The position numbers were made by a program, and so were the translations under genes. From an archaeon (GTDB lineage: Archaea; Nanobdellota; Nanobdellia; SCGC-AAA011-G17; GW2011-AR20): DNA of 64,000 bases. This document shows, in pieces, positions 47,064-56,385 of this stretch; positions within the stretch are counted from its first letter, which is position 1; every line of letters begins with the position of its first letter. A model generated the notes under the pieces. That model was given only the letters and a program-made list of their open reading frames with translations, was not told the DNA's origin and did not search any database. Location: contig NZCT01000025.1 in the NCBI GenBank assembly GCA_002688355.1, positions 27,175 to 91,174 of the forward strand. Reading direction: 5' to 3'.

Positions 47064-49562
47064 CTATTTCTTCAAATCTTTCAAAAACCTACTAACAGTA
47101 TTAACTAAATGTTCTTTTTGAGTTTTTAGAACTTGAGTTAATTTCTCTAAAACTTCTTCATCTCCTAGTTTACTTTCTACTTTACTCTCAAGTACAAAAA
47201 CTTCATCAGAACCTTTCTTAACAATTCTCTTCCACTTACTAAATAATTCCTCAACTCTCCCAATTAAATATTTCTTATCAATATTTAAAATCTCAGATAA
47301 TTCACCAATCAAGTTCTTTTCTTTATTCAAATAATTTTGAGCTTTCTGTCCTGCAACATATTCTAACCTTACAACAGAATCAGAAATTTTGCTAGATTTA
47401 GTAATTTTAATCAACTTAACCGTCGAGGTATTCTCAGAATGCGTGCCACCACAAGCCTCAACATCAAAACCTTTAATACTCACAATTCTCAAATATTTTC
47501 CAGGAATTGCACCACCTTGATAAATTCCCATTCCAAATTCTTTCTCAGCATCATTTCTCAAAACAATATCACTATCTATAGAAATTCTCTTATCAATAAT
47601 AGCATTTGCACAATCTTCGATTTCTTTAATCTCCTCTTCTTTCAAAGACTGATAATGTGTAATATCTAAATGTCCTTTTTCTGTATCTTTAAACGCAGAA
47701 GCTTGATTAATATGATTACCTAAAACCTTTTTAGCAGCTCCATTTAAAATATGTGCAGCATCATGGTGTACAGTTAATAACAATCTTCTTTCTAAATTTA
47801 TTTTTACACTAACAGTATCATTAACTTTAAAATTAGGTTTCTCTTTTAATTTATGTAAAATAACATTACCTTGTTTAATTACATCTATAATTTCTATTCC
47901 ATTCACTTTTCCAAGATCATGTAACTGTCCTCCAGAAGTTGGATATGCAACTGTCTTATCTAAAACTACTAAATCTTTTATAATCTTCAAAATTTTTCCT
48001 TTATTTTCAGTTTTCTTATAATCTTTTAAATACAAAGCTTCAGTTTCTTGTACATTATCTAAAGATAAATCACTTTTCTTAGTTTGATGTTTTTGTTCTT
48101 TCTTTTCATTTAATTCTGAAACTTTCAAATAAAAATCGTCGGGGATATCAACCTTCTTTTTTAATTTAGAAGCTTCTTCTTTTATTAATTCTGGATTAAT
48201 ACCTTGACTATTATAAACTTCTAATAATAAATTTTCATCAATATTTTTCTTTATCAATCCAGAAATTAGTTTCCTAGATTTCTCCTTAGTATTTTCATAT
48301 TTAGATTTCTCTACATCCAAAATCTTTTGAACATCATTTAAATTTTCACTCAATTCGGGAAATAAAGGTCTCAAATAATTAGCGTGTTCCTCCACTAACG
48401 AAAGAAAATCAACCTCCCAATTATATTGATCTATAAAACTTAAAGCTCTTCTATATAAAATTCTTAAATTATATCCTCCTCCAACATTAGATGGTAGGGC
48501 TCCATCACTTAAAGAAACTAATAATGCTCGAGAATGTTCACCAATAGAATACATAGCGCCCAATTCTAAGATTTTATTTTTCAATTCAGAAACATCATAT
48601 CCAACTTTCTTAGAAATATCCTTCCAAGTCTTATCAATATTATCAACTTCATCAATATTCAAATAAGAAGAATATGGTAAAAAGTTTTTCATCAAATCAT
48701 TATCAACTTTAATATTAGTTATTTTTTTTAACTTACGAACAATAGTTGGAAATGTAGTCTCGTAACTTGTAGATTTTCCTTGCGAGAACCAAGAAACTCT
48801 TTCATGACCCATCCCCATATCTAAAACTTTTATTTTTAGCTCTCGTAAACCTTTATCTAAAACTTCATATTGCATATAAACTTGATTAGCTAATTCTAAA
48901 CCTCTAGAAAAAAACTCACAGCTTACACCAGCATTACCACCACCAGTCCAAGAATCTGGCATAATATACAACTCATCTTTTGGTATTTTTAATCCACGTA
49001 AAAAAAACTCATGTAAATCCGAAAAATATTTACCAATATCATATTTTTCACTTGGAACAAAGGCATGTTGTCCTGACATTAAAAAACAACTATAATGTGC
49101 TCCTGTTATCCCAACATTATCAATATCATTAAACCTCATACATAATTGAGGAACAATTAAAGGGTTTGCAGGAGGTTCTACTTCGCCACTAACTACGTAA
49201 GGTTGAAAATCATAAATAGAAGCACCAACCCAGTACTCATCTTTTCTCCATCTTGCTACAACAGGATATCTTTTTATCTCAGCATAACCTTTCTTCTTTA
49301 AAATATTTGAAAATTCTTTCCATGCTCCAATATAATCTAATTTATTTCTAGCAGGACTGTCGTTAATAAATCTAAATCCACCAGAACAATTACCCTCTCC
49401 ACACAAATCTTTTTCTTCTAAAGTATAAAATATTCTTTTACAATTTTTACATTTATTTAAAATATATCCCAAACTTTTTAAAACATCAACAGGATAATAC
49501 TTTTCAGGTTTAGAAAAAGCCTTCTTTCTTAAATCTTCTTTTATCTTTTTATTATCTAACAT
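47064..49562 (-). CDS. alaS: Alanyl-tRNA synthetase (archaeal type)
   Basis: Class II core; editing-domain HxxxH...CGGTH motifs (HHDAAH, CGGTHSEN). Confidence 0.9.
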   Translation of the reverse strand: MLDNKKIKEDLRKKAFSKPEKYYPVDVLKSLGYILNKCKNCKRIFYTLEEKDLCGEGNCSGGFRFINDSPARNKLDYIGAWKEFSNILKKKGYAEIKRYPVVARWRKDEYWVGASIYDFQPYVVSGEVEPPANPLIVPQLCMRFNDIDNVGITGAHYSCFLMSGQHAFVPSEKYDIGKYFSDLHEFFLRGLKIPKDELYIMPDSWTGGGNAGVSCEFFSRGLELANQVYMQYEVLDKGLRELKIKVLDMGMGHERVSWFSQGKSTSYETTFPTIVRKLKKITNIKVDNDLMKNFLPYSSYLNIDEVDNIDKTWKDISKKVGYDVSELKNKILELGAMYSIGEHSRALLVSLSDGALPSNVGGGYNLRILYRRALSFIDQYNWEVDFLSLVEEHANYLRPLFPELSENLNDVQKILDVEKSKYENTKEKSRKLISGLIKKNIDENLLLEVYNSQGINPELIKEEASKLKKKVDIPDDFYLKVSELNEKKEQKHQTKKSDLSLDNVQETEALYLKDYKKTENKGKILKIIKDLVVLDKTVAYPTSGGQLHDLGKVNGIEIIDVIKQGNVILHKLKEKPNFKVNDTVSVKINLERRLLLTVHHDAAHILNGAAKKVLGNHINQASAFKDTEKGHLDITHYQSLKEEEIKEIEDCANAIIDKRISIDSDIVLRNDAEKEFGMGIYQGGAIPGKYLRIVSIKGFDVEACGGTHSENTSTVKLIKITKSSKISDSVVRLEYVAGQKAQNYLNKEKNLIGELSEILNIDKKYLIGRVEELFSKWKRIVKKGSDEVFVLESKVESKLGDEEVLEKLTQVLKTQKEHLVNTVSRFLKDLKK

Positions 49563-49607
49563 TACTTACGTAAAAACGTAACACTTTTTATTATTTCCTA
49601 TAAAGAA

Positions 49608-50033
49608 CTAAATCTTAATTCTATCTAGTCTATTTCTTAAATCGCTTAATTCTCTCTGTAAAGGATCTAAAACAATTTTTGGTTTATGATGTACTACAGG
49701 TTTTACTTTATGTGGTTTAGGAACTTTAATATGAACTTTTTTATGTTGAACATGCGCTCTAGGTTGTTTAATATAATCTCCAAAATTAATATTAGGTAAA
49801 TCTCTTTTAAAATGGGTTAAATCTTTATGAATAGTATCACAACATTTCTTTAACTCATTTAACAAAGTTGTCTTATGTGATTTAATTTCTCTTATATTTT
49901 CATATTTTTGTAAAATCTTAACAGAATCCATACTTGTTTCTAATATCTCTCTTCTTAAATCTACAGAGTTTCCTATTGAAGTATACACAGGATTACTCTT
50001 TCTATGAGTCTTGTGTTTTGTTTTATGTTTCAC
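49608..50033 (-). CDS. Hypothetical basic His/Lys-rich protein
   Basis: ORF overlapping the upstream gene by 11 nt (operon). Confidence 0.35.
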   Translation of the reverse strand: MKHKTKHKTHRKSNPVYTSIGNSVDLRREILETSMDSVKILQKYENIREIKSHKTTLLNELKKCCDTIHKDLTHFKRDLPNINFGDYIKQPRAHVQHKKVHIKVPKPHKVKPVVHHKPKIVLDPLQRELSDLRNRLDRIKI

Positions 50034-50472
50034 TTTCGAATAATTTCTTATCTATTTCAAGAAGTCTATCTTTTAATCTTCTTACTTCATCATGCCATGC
50101 ATTTAGTTCTTTAGCTTCAGCTTCTCTAATATCGTTTAATTTTTCTAGAACTTCATCAGTTCTACTTAATTCATCTTTTACTCTTGCTATAGTTTTCATA
50201 GCATCTTTGTAATGTTCAATTCTTACAAATAATGGCTTTTCACTTCCATTTACCTGAGAACTAGAAGACATTGATGATAATGAAGGCTCTTTTTTCCTAA
50301 AACTTGCACCAGAATCTAAACTTGGCGCTGGAAATGATGGAGCATAACTCGGAAAGTTTCCTGCTGATCCATTACTATTGCCTTTAGGATCTGGAAAATC
50401 TGGTAATTTCGGAACCATTGGCTCTAATTTATGTTCTTTACTGCTTTTTTTTGAGAATGAAAATAATCCCAT
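50023..50472 (-). CDS. Hypothetical protein: Pro/Ser-rich disordered N-terminal region plus C-terminal coiled coil (start set at MGLFSF...)
   Basis: ORF; coiled-coil heptads at C-terminus; the ORF-track N-terminal extension runs into the AT-rich promoter and is discarded. Confidence 0.35.
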   Translation of the reverse strand: MGLFSFSKKSSKEHKLEPMVPKLPDFPDPKGNSNGSAGNFPSYAPSFPAPSLDSGASFRKKEPSLSSMSSSSQVNGSEKPLFVRIEHYKDAMKTIARVKDELSRTDEVLEKLNDIREAEAKELNAWHDEVRRLKDRLLEIDKKLFESET

Positions 50473-50604
50473 ATAGTTACACCTCCGATTTCTTACTATA
50501 AAATAAATTATAATACTTATTAAAGCTTTCCTTATTATTTTAAAATGGTAAAAAATTTTAAGCAAAGGTTTTTAAATTAATATGGCGTAATATATATAAT
50601 CAAG

Positions 50605-51324
50605 ATGAAGAATTTTAATGATATAGTGAAGCAACTTATCAAAGAGATTATCAACGAAAAAGGCGTTTCTCTTTATAATTTTATATGGAATAAACGAAAT
50701 GTATCAGAATTTGTGATTTCTGAAGTTCTAGAAATAACAGTAAATCAAGTAAGAAATATCCTGTATCAATTTTCTGCTTATAATTTAGTTTCCTTTACTA
50801 GGCAAAAAGATAGAGAAAAAGGCTGGTATATCTATTATTGGACTATAAACTTTAACGAAGTACGATCATTATTAGTTCAAAGAATGAATGTTAATTTAAA
50901 CTCTCTATATAATGAATTAAAAACAGAAAAAGACAATAAATTCTATTATTGTGAACGTGACGGTTCTAAATTAGAATTGGAAGAAGCAATGGCCTTTAGC
51001 TTCAAATGTCCTGAGTGTGAAGATATTTTAGTCAATCTTCCAAATACTAAGAGAATTGAATCTATTGGAAGTGAAATAAAAGAAATTAAACAAGATCTAG
51101 AAAATATATCTAAAGATGATTTCGTTAAAGAAATAACTTCCCAACAAACAGAAGAAGGATTACCTAAAGAAAAATCTAAAAGAAGAAAGAGAAAGACAAC
51201 TAAGAAACCTACTAAAAAGAAAGCAAAGAAGACCAAGAAGAAAGTAGCTAAAAAGAAACCTAAAGTAGCTAAAAAGAAAGTAGCTAAAAAGAAACCTAAA
51301 AAATCAAAGAAAAAGAAAAAATAA
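50605..51324 (+). CDS. tfe: Transcription factor E (TFIIE alpha homologue) with K-rich C-terminal tail
   Basis: Winged-helix N-terminus, zinc ribbon YYCERDGSKLE...FKCPECEDIL. Confidence 0.75.
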   Translation: MKNFNDIVKQLIKEIINEKGVSLYNFIWNKRNVSEFVISEVLEITVNQVRNILYQFSAYNLVSFTRQKDREKGWYIYYWTINFNEVRSLLVQRMNVNLNSLYNELKTEKDNKFYYCERDGSKLELEEAMAFSFKCPECEDILVNLPNTKRIESIGSEIKEIKQDLENISKDDFVKEITSQQTEEGLPKEKSKRRKRKTTKKPTKKKAKKTKKKVAKKKPKVAKKKVAKKKPKKSKKKKK

Positions 51325-51326
51325 TA

Positions 51327-51524
51327 TTATTCACTTCTCATATCACTTAAACCTACGAAAATCATTAATAAACCTATTAAGATTACAGATATTAAAAGTC
51401 CGCCTTTAACAAGTTCAATCACAGCTCTTCCCCATGAACTAGCAACAATACCTATCCATCCAACAATTATTAATAGAATTATTCCTACAATGATTTTAAA
51501 TAAGTTATTTGCTACGTTTACCAT
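51327..51524 (-). CDS. Small hypothetical membrane protein (2 TM)
   Basis: Hydrophobic 65-aa ORF. Confidence 0.3.
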   Translation of the reverse strand: MVNVANNLFKIIVGIILLIIVGWIGIVASSWGRAVIELVKGGLLISVILIGLLMIFVGLSDMRSE

Positions 51525-51955
51525 TTTATATACAAAGGATGAGAATGTTTAAAAGTGTTTTTATGAAATTAAATTATATGGATAATCTAAAAAGTATACA
51601 TGAAAATATTTTAAAAAAGATAAAAGGGGAAGGGGCATTAGAAGGAATACTCACATATAGAGAACATAAGGAGATATATGAAAAACTGCCTACAGAACAT
51701 GCTGAATTCTATTGGAGAGAAATATTCCAAGCAATAGAGAAGAAAGAGAATTTACAACCCATAAGTATCTTAGCAAAAGATGATCCTTTTAATGATGTAG
51801 ATCTATTTTCTCTAGCTGAAGATGAATTACTAGAAATAAGAAAATATAGGCAAAATTTACCTCTTGATATTAGTTTAGCAAATTATATTTTTGATGTATA
51901 TGAAAACTCTATAAAATTATTTCATAAATGGAAAGAAATACCTATTTCAAATTAA
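51509..51955 (+). CDS. Hypothetical protein
   Basis: ORF only. Confidence 0.3.
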   Translation: MLRLPFYIQRMRMFKSVFMKLNYMDNLKSIHENILKKIKGEGALEGILTYREHKEIYEKLPTEHAEFYWREIFQAIEKKENLQPISILAKDDPFNDVDLFSLAEDELLEIRKYRQNLPLDISLANYIFDVYENSIKLFHKWKEIPISN

Positions 51956-53021
51956 CAATAGTCTTAGTTCCTTTTATACCTAAACTTACTTCTTTAAAAT
52001 TTATTAACTTCAAATCTCGTAATTTATTTAGTTTAGATTCTTTAAATCTCCTATATTTTATTTCTTTATCACTCTTTCCCAAGTATAATTCATATATTTC
52101 TTTACTACTTTTGCTTTCATTATCTTTAATAATTTCTAATAGTAATCTTTCATCATCATTTAAACTTTTACTCTCAGAATTTTTATTTAATTCACCACTA
52201 GAAACTTTAATTTTATCAATAGCTTTCTTAGCATAATCTAAAGTTATTTTTTTACTAGAATTTTCTTCTGCAATATTCCCACTTTCCTTTAATAAAAATA
52301 AACCAGTTCTTAAATCATTTACATTATGAGTATATGAACTTATCTCATCTAAAGACTCTTTATCAAAAATATTACTAACAAAAGCATACTCAATTCTCTT
52401 ATCTAAAATACCTTTCACTTCTGTTAAATTATATGCTCTAAAATCTAAATTTTCTAAAGTTAATCTAGATCTTAATCTATTGTCTAATTTAATCAACCAT
52501 TCTTTATTATTTGTAATAAATATTAGTGTTTTATTATAAATTTGTTCTAAAACCATGTAGATCACAGAAATATCTTCTATCTTATCACATTCATCAAAAC
52601 AAATAACAGCAGATTTCCTATTTAATTTTTTTTTAATTTCATCAAATAATTCATTAGTAGTCTTATTATGTGTAAATTTATATCCAATAGCATCACATAT
52701 ATCTAAAGCAATTCTATGACTACTAGAGTCCTTCCAACAATTAATATAAATAGGTTTAACCTCTTCATCAAAACCATCATCTTCCAATTCTTTAAAAACA
52801 GCTTTTACAGCTAAAGTCTTTCCAATTCCTGGGCTTCCAGAAATAACAATATTTTTCCCATTTCTATTATGGAATAATGGTTTTATACATTCTGCAATAT
52901 ATTTTTGTTCATTTTCTCTGTATTGAATTATTGGAGGAAAGAAACTAATATCTAAAGCTAAGTGATTCTTAAATATAGATTCATCTCCTTTTAAAAAATC
53001 TCTATTAAATAAATCTGGCAT
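51942..53021 (-). CDS. orc1: Orc1/Cdc6 replication initiator
   Basis: AAA+ Walker A ISGSPGIGKTLAV, Walker B CFDECD, C-terminal winged helix. Confidence 0.85.
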   Translation of the reverse strand: MPDLFNRDFLKGDESIFKNHLALDISFFPPIIQYRENEQKYIAECIKPLFHNRNGKNIVISGSPGIGKTLAVKAVFKELEDDGFDEEVKPIYINCWKDSSSHRIALDICDAIGYKFTHNKTTNELFDEIKKKLNRKSAVICFDECDKIEDISVIYMVLEQIYNKTLIFITNNKEWLIKLDNRLRSRLTLENLDFRAYNLTEVKGILDKRIEYAFVSNIFDKESLDEISSYTHNVNDLRTGLFLLKESGNIAEENSSKKITLDYAKKAIDKIKVSSGELNKNSESKSLNDDERLLLEIIKDNESKSSKEIYELYLGKSDKEIKYRRFKESKLNKLRDLKLINFKEVSLGIKGTKTIVNLK

Positions 53022-53132
53022 TTTACAATATTTAAATTAACAAATCTTTTATACATTATTGTATTTTAGAATATACTTTAAACAAAACTTTTTTTACGTT
53101 AAATATATAAATTAATATGATTTAACAATAGT

Positions 53133-53333
53133 ATGGAAGTTAAAGTAATTTTAGAAAAACAAAAAGAAGGCGGTTACACAGTTTACGCTCCTTCATTATC
53201 AGGTTGTATTTCTCAAGGTGAGACAAAAGAAGAATCTCTAAAGAATATAAAAGAAGCTATAGAGTTATACTTAGAAGTTGATGAAAATGAAATAATTGTA
53301 TATGAAGGGGAGATTGCTGAAATTATAGTATGA
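53133..53333 (+). CDS. hicB: HicB-family antitoxin
   Basis: KQKEGGYTVYAPSLSGCISQGETKEESLKNIKEAIELYLE. Confidence 0.75.
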   Translation: MEVKVILEKQKEGGYTVYAPSLSGCISQGETKEESLKNIKEAIELYLEVDENEIIVYEGEIAEIIV

Positions 53334-53545
53334 AGCTTCCACAAATTTCTGGAAAAGATTTGATTAAAATTCTACGTAGAAATGGTTTTGTTGTTGTAAG
53401 ACAGAAAGGATCACATATAAGATTAGAGAAAAATACTGAAAAAGAAACTATTAAGATTACAGTACCAAATCATAAAACTATAAAAAAAGGAACATTAAAT
53501 CAGATTATAAAAGTATCAGGGTTAAAAGAAGAAGATTTGATATAA
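53330..53545 (+). CDS. hicA: HicA-family toxin (mRNA interferase)
   Basis: LIKILRRNGFVVVRQKGSHIRLEK...ITVPNHKTIKKGTLNQIIK; 4-nt overlap with hicB. Confidence 0.75.
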   Translation: MKLPQISGKDLIKILRRNGFVVVRQKGSHIRLEKNTEKETIKITVPNHKTIKKGTLNQIIKVSGLKEEDLI

Positions 53546-53546
53546 A

Positions 53547-53957
53547 ATGAAAAAAACTCAAAGCGCAGGTGGAATTGTTCTTTCTAGTAAAGGATTAATC
53601 TTAGTTGTAAATCAAAAAGGAACTTCTTGGTCTTTACCAAAAGGACATATTGAAAATAATGAAACTCCAATAGAAGCAGCAAAAAGAGAGATCTATGAAG
53701 AATCTGGAATAAACGAGCTAGAATTAATAAAAGAATTATCAACATACCAAAGACATAAGATAGGACTTCGCGAAGATGAAGATAAAACAGAATTAAAAAC
53801 AATTCAAATGTTCTTATTTAAAACAACCCAAGAAAACTTAAAACCAATTGACCCACACAATCCAGAAGCAAGATGGGTTCCCAAAGATAAAGTAGAAAAT
53901 TTACTAACACATAAAAAAGATAAAGAATTTTTCTTAAATCATATTAATGAAATATAA
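53547..53957 (+). CDS. NUDIX hydrolase
   Basis: Perfect Nudix box GHIENNETPIEAAKREIYEESGI; start 1 nt after the hicA stop. Confidence 0.85.
   Translation: MKKTQSAGGIVLSSKGLILVVNQKGTSWSLPKGHIENNETPIEAAKREIYEESGINELELIKELSTYQRHKIGLREDEDKTELKTIQMFLFKTTQENLKPIDPHNPEARWVPKDKVENLLTHKKDKEFFLNHINEI
53907..53957 (+). repeat. 51-bp direct repeat, copy A (3' end of the nudix gene)
   Basis: acacataaaaaagataaagaatttttcttaaatcatattaatgaaatataa; 49/51 identical to 54471-54521. Confidence 0.8.
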
Positions 53958-54012
53958 CAATATTATTTTAAGCTTCGATAGAATTAAATAGATAATAATT
54001 TTTATTGATGAC

Positions 54013-54450
54013 ATGAAACCAAAGTTTCTTTATCATGGAAGCAATGCATTGATTAAGGAAAAATTTCTCAAAGAAAATACACCTACGGACAAGACTTCTA
54101 TTCATAATTATTTTTTTGGTGTTTACGCAACTGACAATAAGGATATAGCAAAAGGAATGGCTTTGGCTGGTTTTAGATTTACAAAAAGCTTTGGAGATTA
54201 TTCTAAAAAACCATTTAAAATTATTTTTGTTAGAGGAAAACCAAAAGGAAGATTTGTATATGTGTACAAAGTTTCATCATCATCATTTATTGAAAATCCA
54301 AAAAGATCGCATCAATGGATTTCTAGGAAAAATGTTAAAATCATTAATGTTGAAAAATTTTCAGTTGATTCTTTAAAGGAGTTTTGGCGAGGGGCAACAG
54401 CAAAAGAGAAATTGTGGTACTATAAACAGAAATCTAAAAGTTCAAGATAA
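54013..54450 (+). CDS. Small ADP-ribosyltransferase-fold (PARP/Tpt1-like, H-G-S type) protein, putative
   Basis: FLYHGS (cf. PARP LLWHGS, Tpt1 LYHGT) followed about 30 aa later by YFFGVYATD (cf. PARP GKGIYFAD). Confidence 0.35.
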   Translation: MKPKFLYHGSNALIKEKFLKENTPTDKTSIHNYFFGVYATDNKDIAKGMALAGFRFTKSFGDYSKKPFKIIFVRGKPKGRFVYVYKVSSSSFIENPKRSHQWISRKNVKIINVEKFSVDSLKEFWRGATAKEKLWYYKQKSKSSR

Positions 54451-54470
54451 ATGGACATAAGAGTAAATAT

Positions 54471-54521
54471 ACACATAAAAAAGATAAAGAATTTTTCTTA
54501 AATCATATTAGTGAAATTTAA
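54471..54521 (+). repeat. 51-bp direct repeat, copy B (duplicate of the nudix 3' end)
   Basis: acacataaaaaagataaagaatttttcttaaatcatattagtgaaatttaa. Confidence 0.8.
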
Positions 54522-54585
54522 AGCTTTGTTATTCAAAAGATATGTATTAGAAAACTTAATAATGTAAGGGAATTATTGTTTTAAT

Positions 54586-55332
54586 ATGACAAAAGATATT
54601 AAAAAGTGGTGGAATGAAGTATCAAAGAGTTATCAAATAGATTCAAAGATTAGAACTAAATCTGCCCACTACGGTCCATATTCTCCAGATGAAAAAAAGC
54701 TTAAATTGTTAGGAAACGTTAAAGGTAAAAAAATTTTAGAAGTTGGTTGTGGGGGTGGACAATGTTCTATTGCATTTGCAAAACAAGGAGCAAAATGTAC
54801 GGGTTTAGATTTGTCAAAAGAACAACTTAAGCATGCAGAAGAACTAGCAAAAAAAGAAAAAGTTTCAGTAAAATTTCTTAAACATGATATACAGACACTT
54901 AAAGGAATTAAATCAAAAGAGTATGATATTGTTTTTACTGCTTTTGCCCTACAATATATCCCAAATCTTACAAAATGCTTCAAGGAAGTGCATCGAGTCC
55001 TAAAAAGAAATGGTTTATTTGTTCTAAGTTTAGATCACCCTTTCTTCATGGTGATAGACACAAAAACAAACAAAATTAAAAGAAGTTATTTTAAAACAGG
55101 AAAAATAGAAGAAATTGATGTTTGGCCAGATAGTAGTAAACATAAATTTGTAATTTATAGAAGAAAGATAAGTGATATCTTTAATAGTTTAACTGAAGCT
55201 AAATTTTTTGTAGAGAAAATAATAGAGCCCTTATCAAAAAATGCAAAATCATGGAAATGGGAAGAAATTTATCCAAAAGAACTAGTTAAATTAGTTGGTC
55301 CAACAATAATTTTCAAAACAAAAAAGAAATAA
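54586..55332 (+). CDS. Class I SAM-dependent methyltransferase
   Basis: ILEVGCGGGQCSIAFAKQGAKCTGLDLS. Confidence 0.75.
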   Translation: MTKDIKKWWNEVSKSYQIDSKIRTKSAHYGPYSPDEKKLKLLGNVKGKKILEVGCGGGQCSIAFAKQGAKCTGLDLSKEQLKHAEELAKKEKVSVKFLKHDIQTLKGIKSKEYDIVFTAFALQYIPNLTKCFKEVHRVLKRNGLFVLSLDHPFFMVIDTKTNKIKRSYFKTGKIEEIDVWPDSSKHKFVIYRRKISDIFNSLTEAKFFVEKIIEPLSKNAKSWKWEEIYPKELVKLVGPTIIFKTKKK

Positions 55333-55362
55333 TCCTAGCACAAATATTTGAGGTTATGAAAT

Positions 55363-55719
55363 TTAAACTTCTTCAACACCATCTTTTGTCAATGCTAAAA
55401 ATCTTATGCCAATTCCTAATTTCAATAAAGCAGACATTAACGCCATATGTTCTTTCCCAGTTCCAGAAACAAAATTCACAGCAACTTCTGATTCTTGAAT
55501 TCTTTTGCCTAGTTTTTCTTTAATCTCATCTCTTAATTCAATTAAACCTTGACCCATATTAACATTTATCAATTCTGTTTTATCATTACTATTAAAATTC
55601 TCCTTCCCATAATCATTAGTTATCAAATAAATTTTAGTCCATTCTTGATCTTGCATTAATCTAGCTACATGGCCCCAAGTTCCTTTTCCAGTTGATAAAC
55701 AAGCTATTAATTCTGCCAT
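55363..55719 (-). CDS. Hypothetical conserved small protein
   Basis: ORF; GKGTWGHVARL and VSGTGKEHMALMSALLKLG segments. Confidence 0.3.
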   Translation of the reverse strand: MAELIACLSTGKGTWGHVARLMQDQEWTKIYLITNDYGKENFNSNDKTELINVNMGQGLIELRDEIKEKLGKRIQESEVAVNFVSGTGKEHMALMSALLKLGIGIRFLALTKDGVEEV

Positions 55720-55766
55720 TTTCTATTTTAAAAAATCAAGATAATAGTTATAAAAGCTTTTTGGTG

Positions 55767-56384
55767 TTATTTCTTTTTTTCATTAAGAACTTTTTCTATT
55801 AATGGCTTCAAAGAAGAACTCAAAGCAACTCCAACAGCTATAGCTAATATTAATCCTAATGTATATAACCCAACTCTAAATATTTCAAGAAATGGAGTAA
55901 CCTTAACTCCAATAGCTTCTAAAGCAGATAGTATAGTTGCATATATAAAGACAATTTCTAAAAATTTAGCTAATAAGTTATTATGATTAAATTCTATAGA
56001 TCTTATTTTTCTAGATAAAACATTAGTAATAATTAATCCAATAACAATAATAAAAAATGCAATAGCTAATTTAGGAACAAAATTAATTGACAATCTTAGA
56101 ATTTCATCTAATAAATAGATCTTAAAAGCAGACAATGCCTGTAAAAAGAACATTAAAATAATAACCCATTGAACCACATCAGCTACTAAATTAACTCCAG
56201 AAACCGTTCTTTTGTACAATCCTGGAGATGTTTTTCTAACCCATGGGTATATGTTAATTTTAGCTATTTTCTTAATAATAACTTTAATCAAATAACCTAA
56301 AAATACTCCTAAAAACAGTAAAAAGCCTATCTTAAGCCATTCTGTTATTCCTATTTGAGGGATTGCTATGTCTGTTATTGCCAT
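55767..56384 (-). CDS. Hypothetical integral membrane protein
   Basis: 5-6 predicted TM helices. Confidence 0.4.
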   Translation of the reverse strand: MAITDIAIPQIGITEWLKIGFLLFLGVFLGYLIKVIIKKIAKINIYPWVRKTSPGLYKRTVSGVNLVADVVQWVIILMFFLQALSAFKIYLLDEILRLSINFVPKLAIAFFIIVIGLIITNVLSRKIRSIEFNHNNLLAKFLEIVFIYATILSALEAIGVKVTPFLEIFRVGLYTLGLILAIAVGVALSSSLKPLIEKVLNEKKK

Positions 56385-56385
56385 T

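Noticed and set aside
51928-52236. 102-aa plus-strand ORF inside orc1/cdc6
   Set aside because: It is antisense to the well-supported AAA+ initiator gene.
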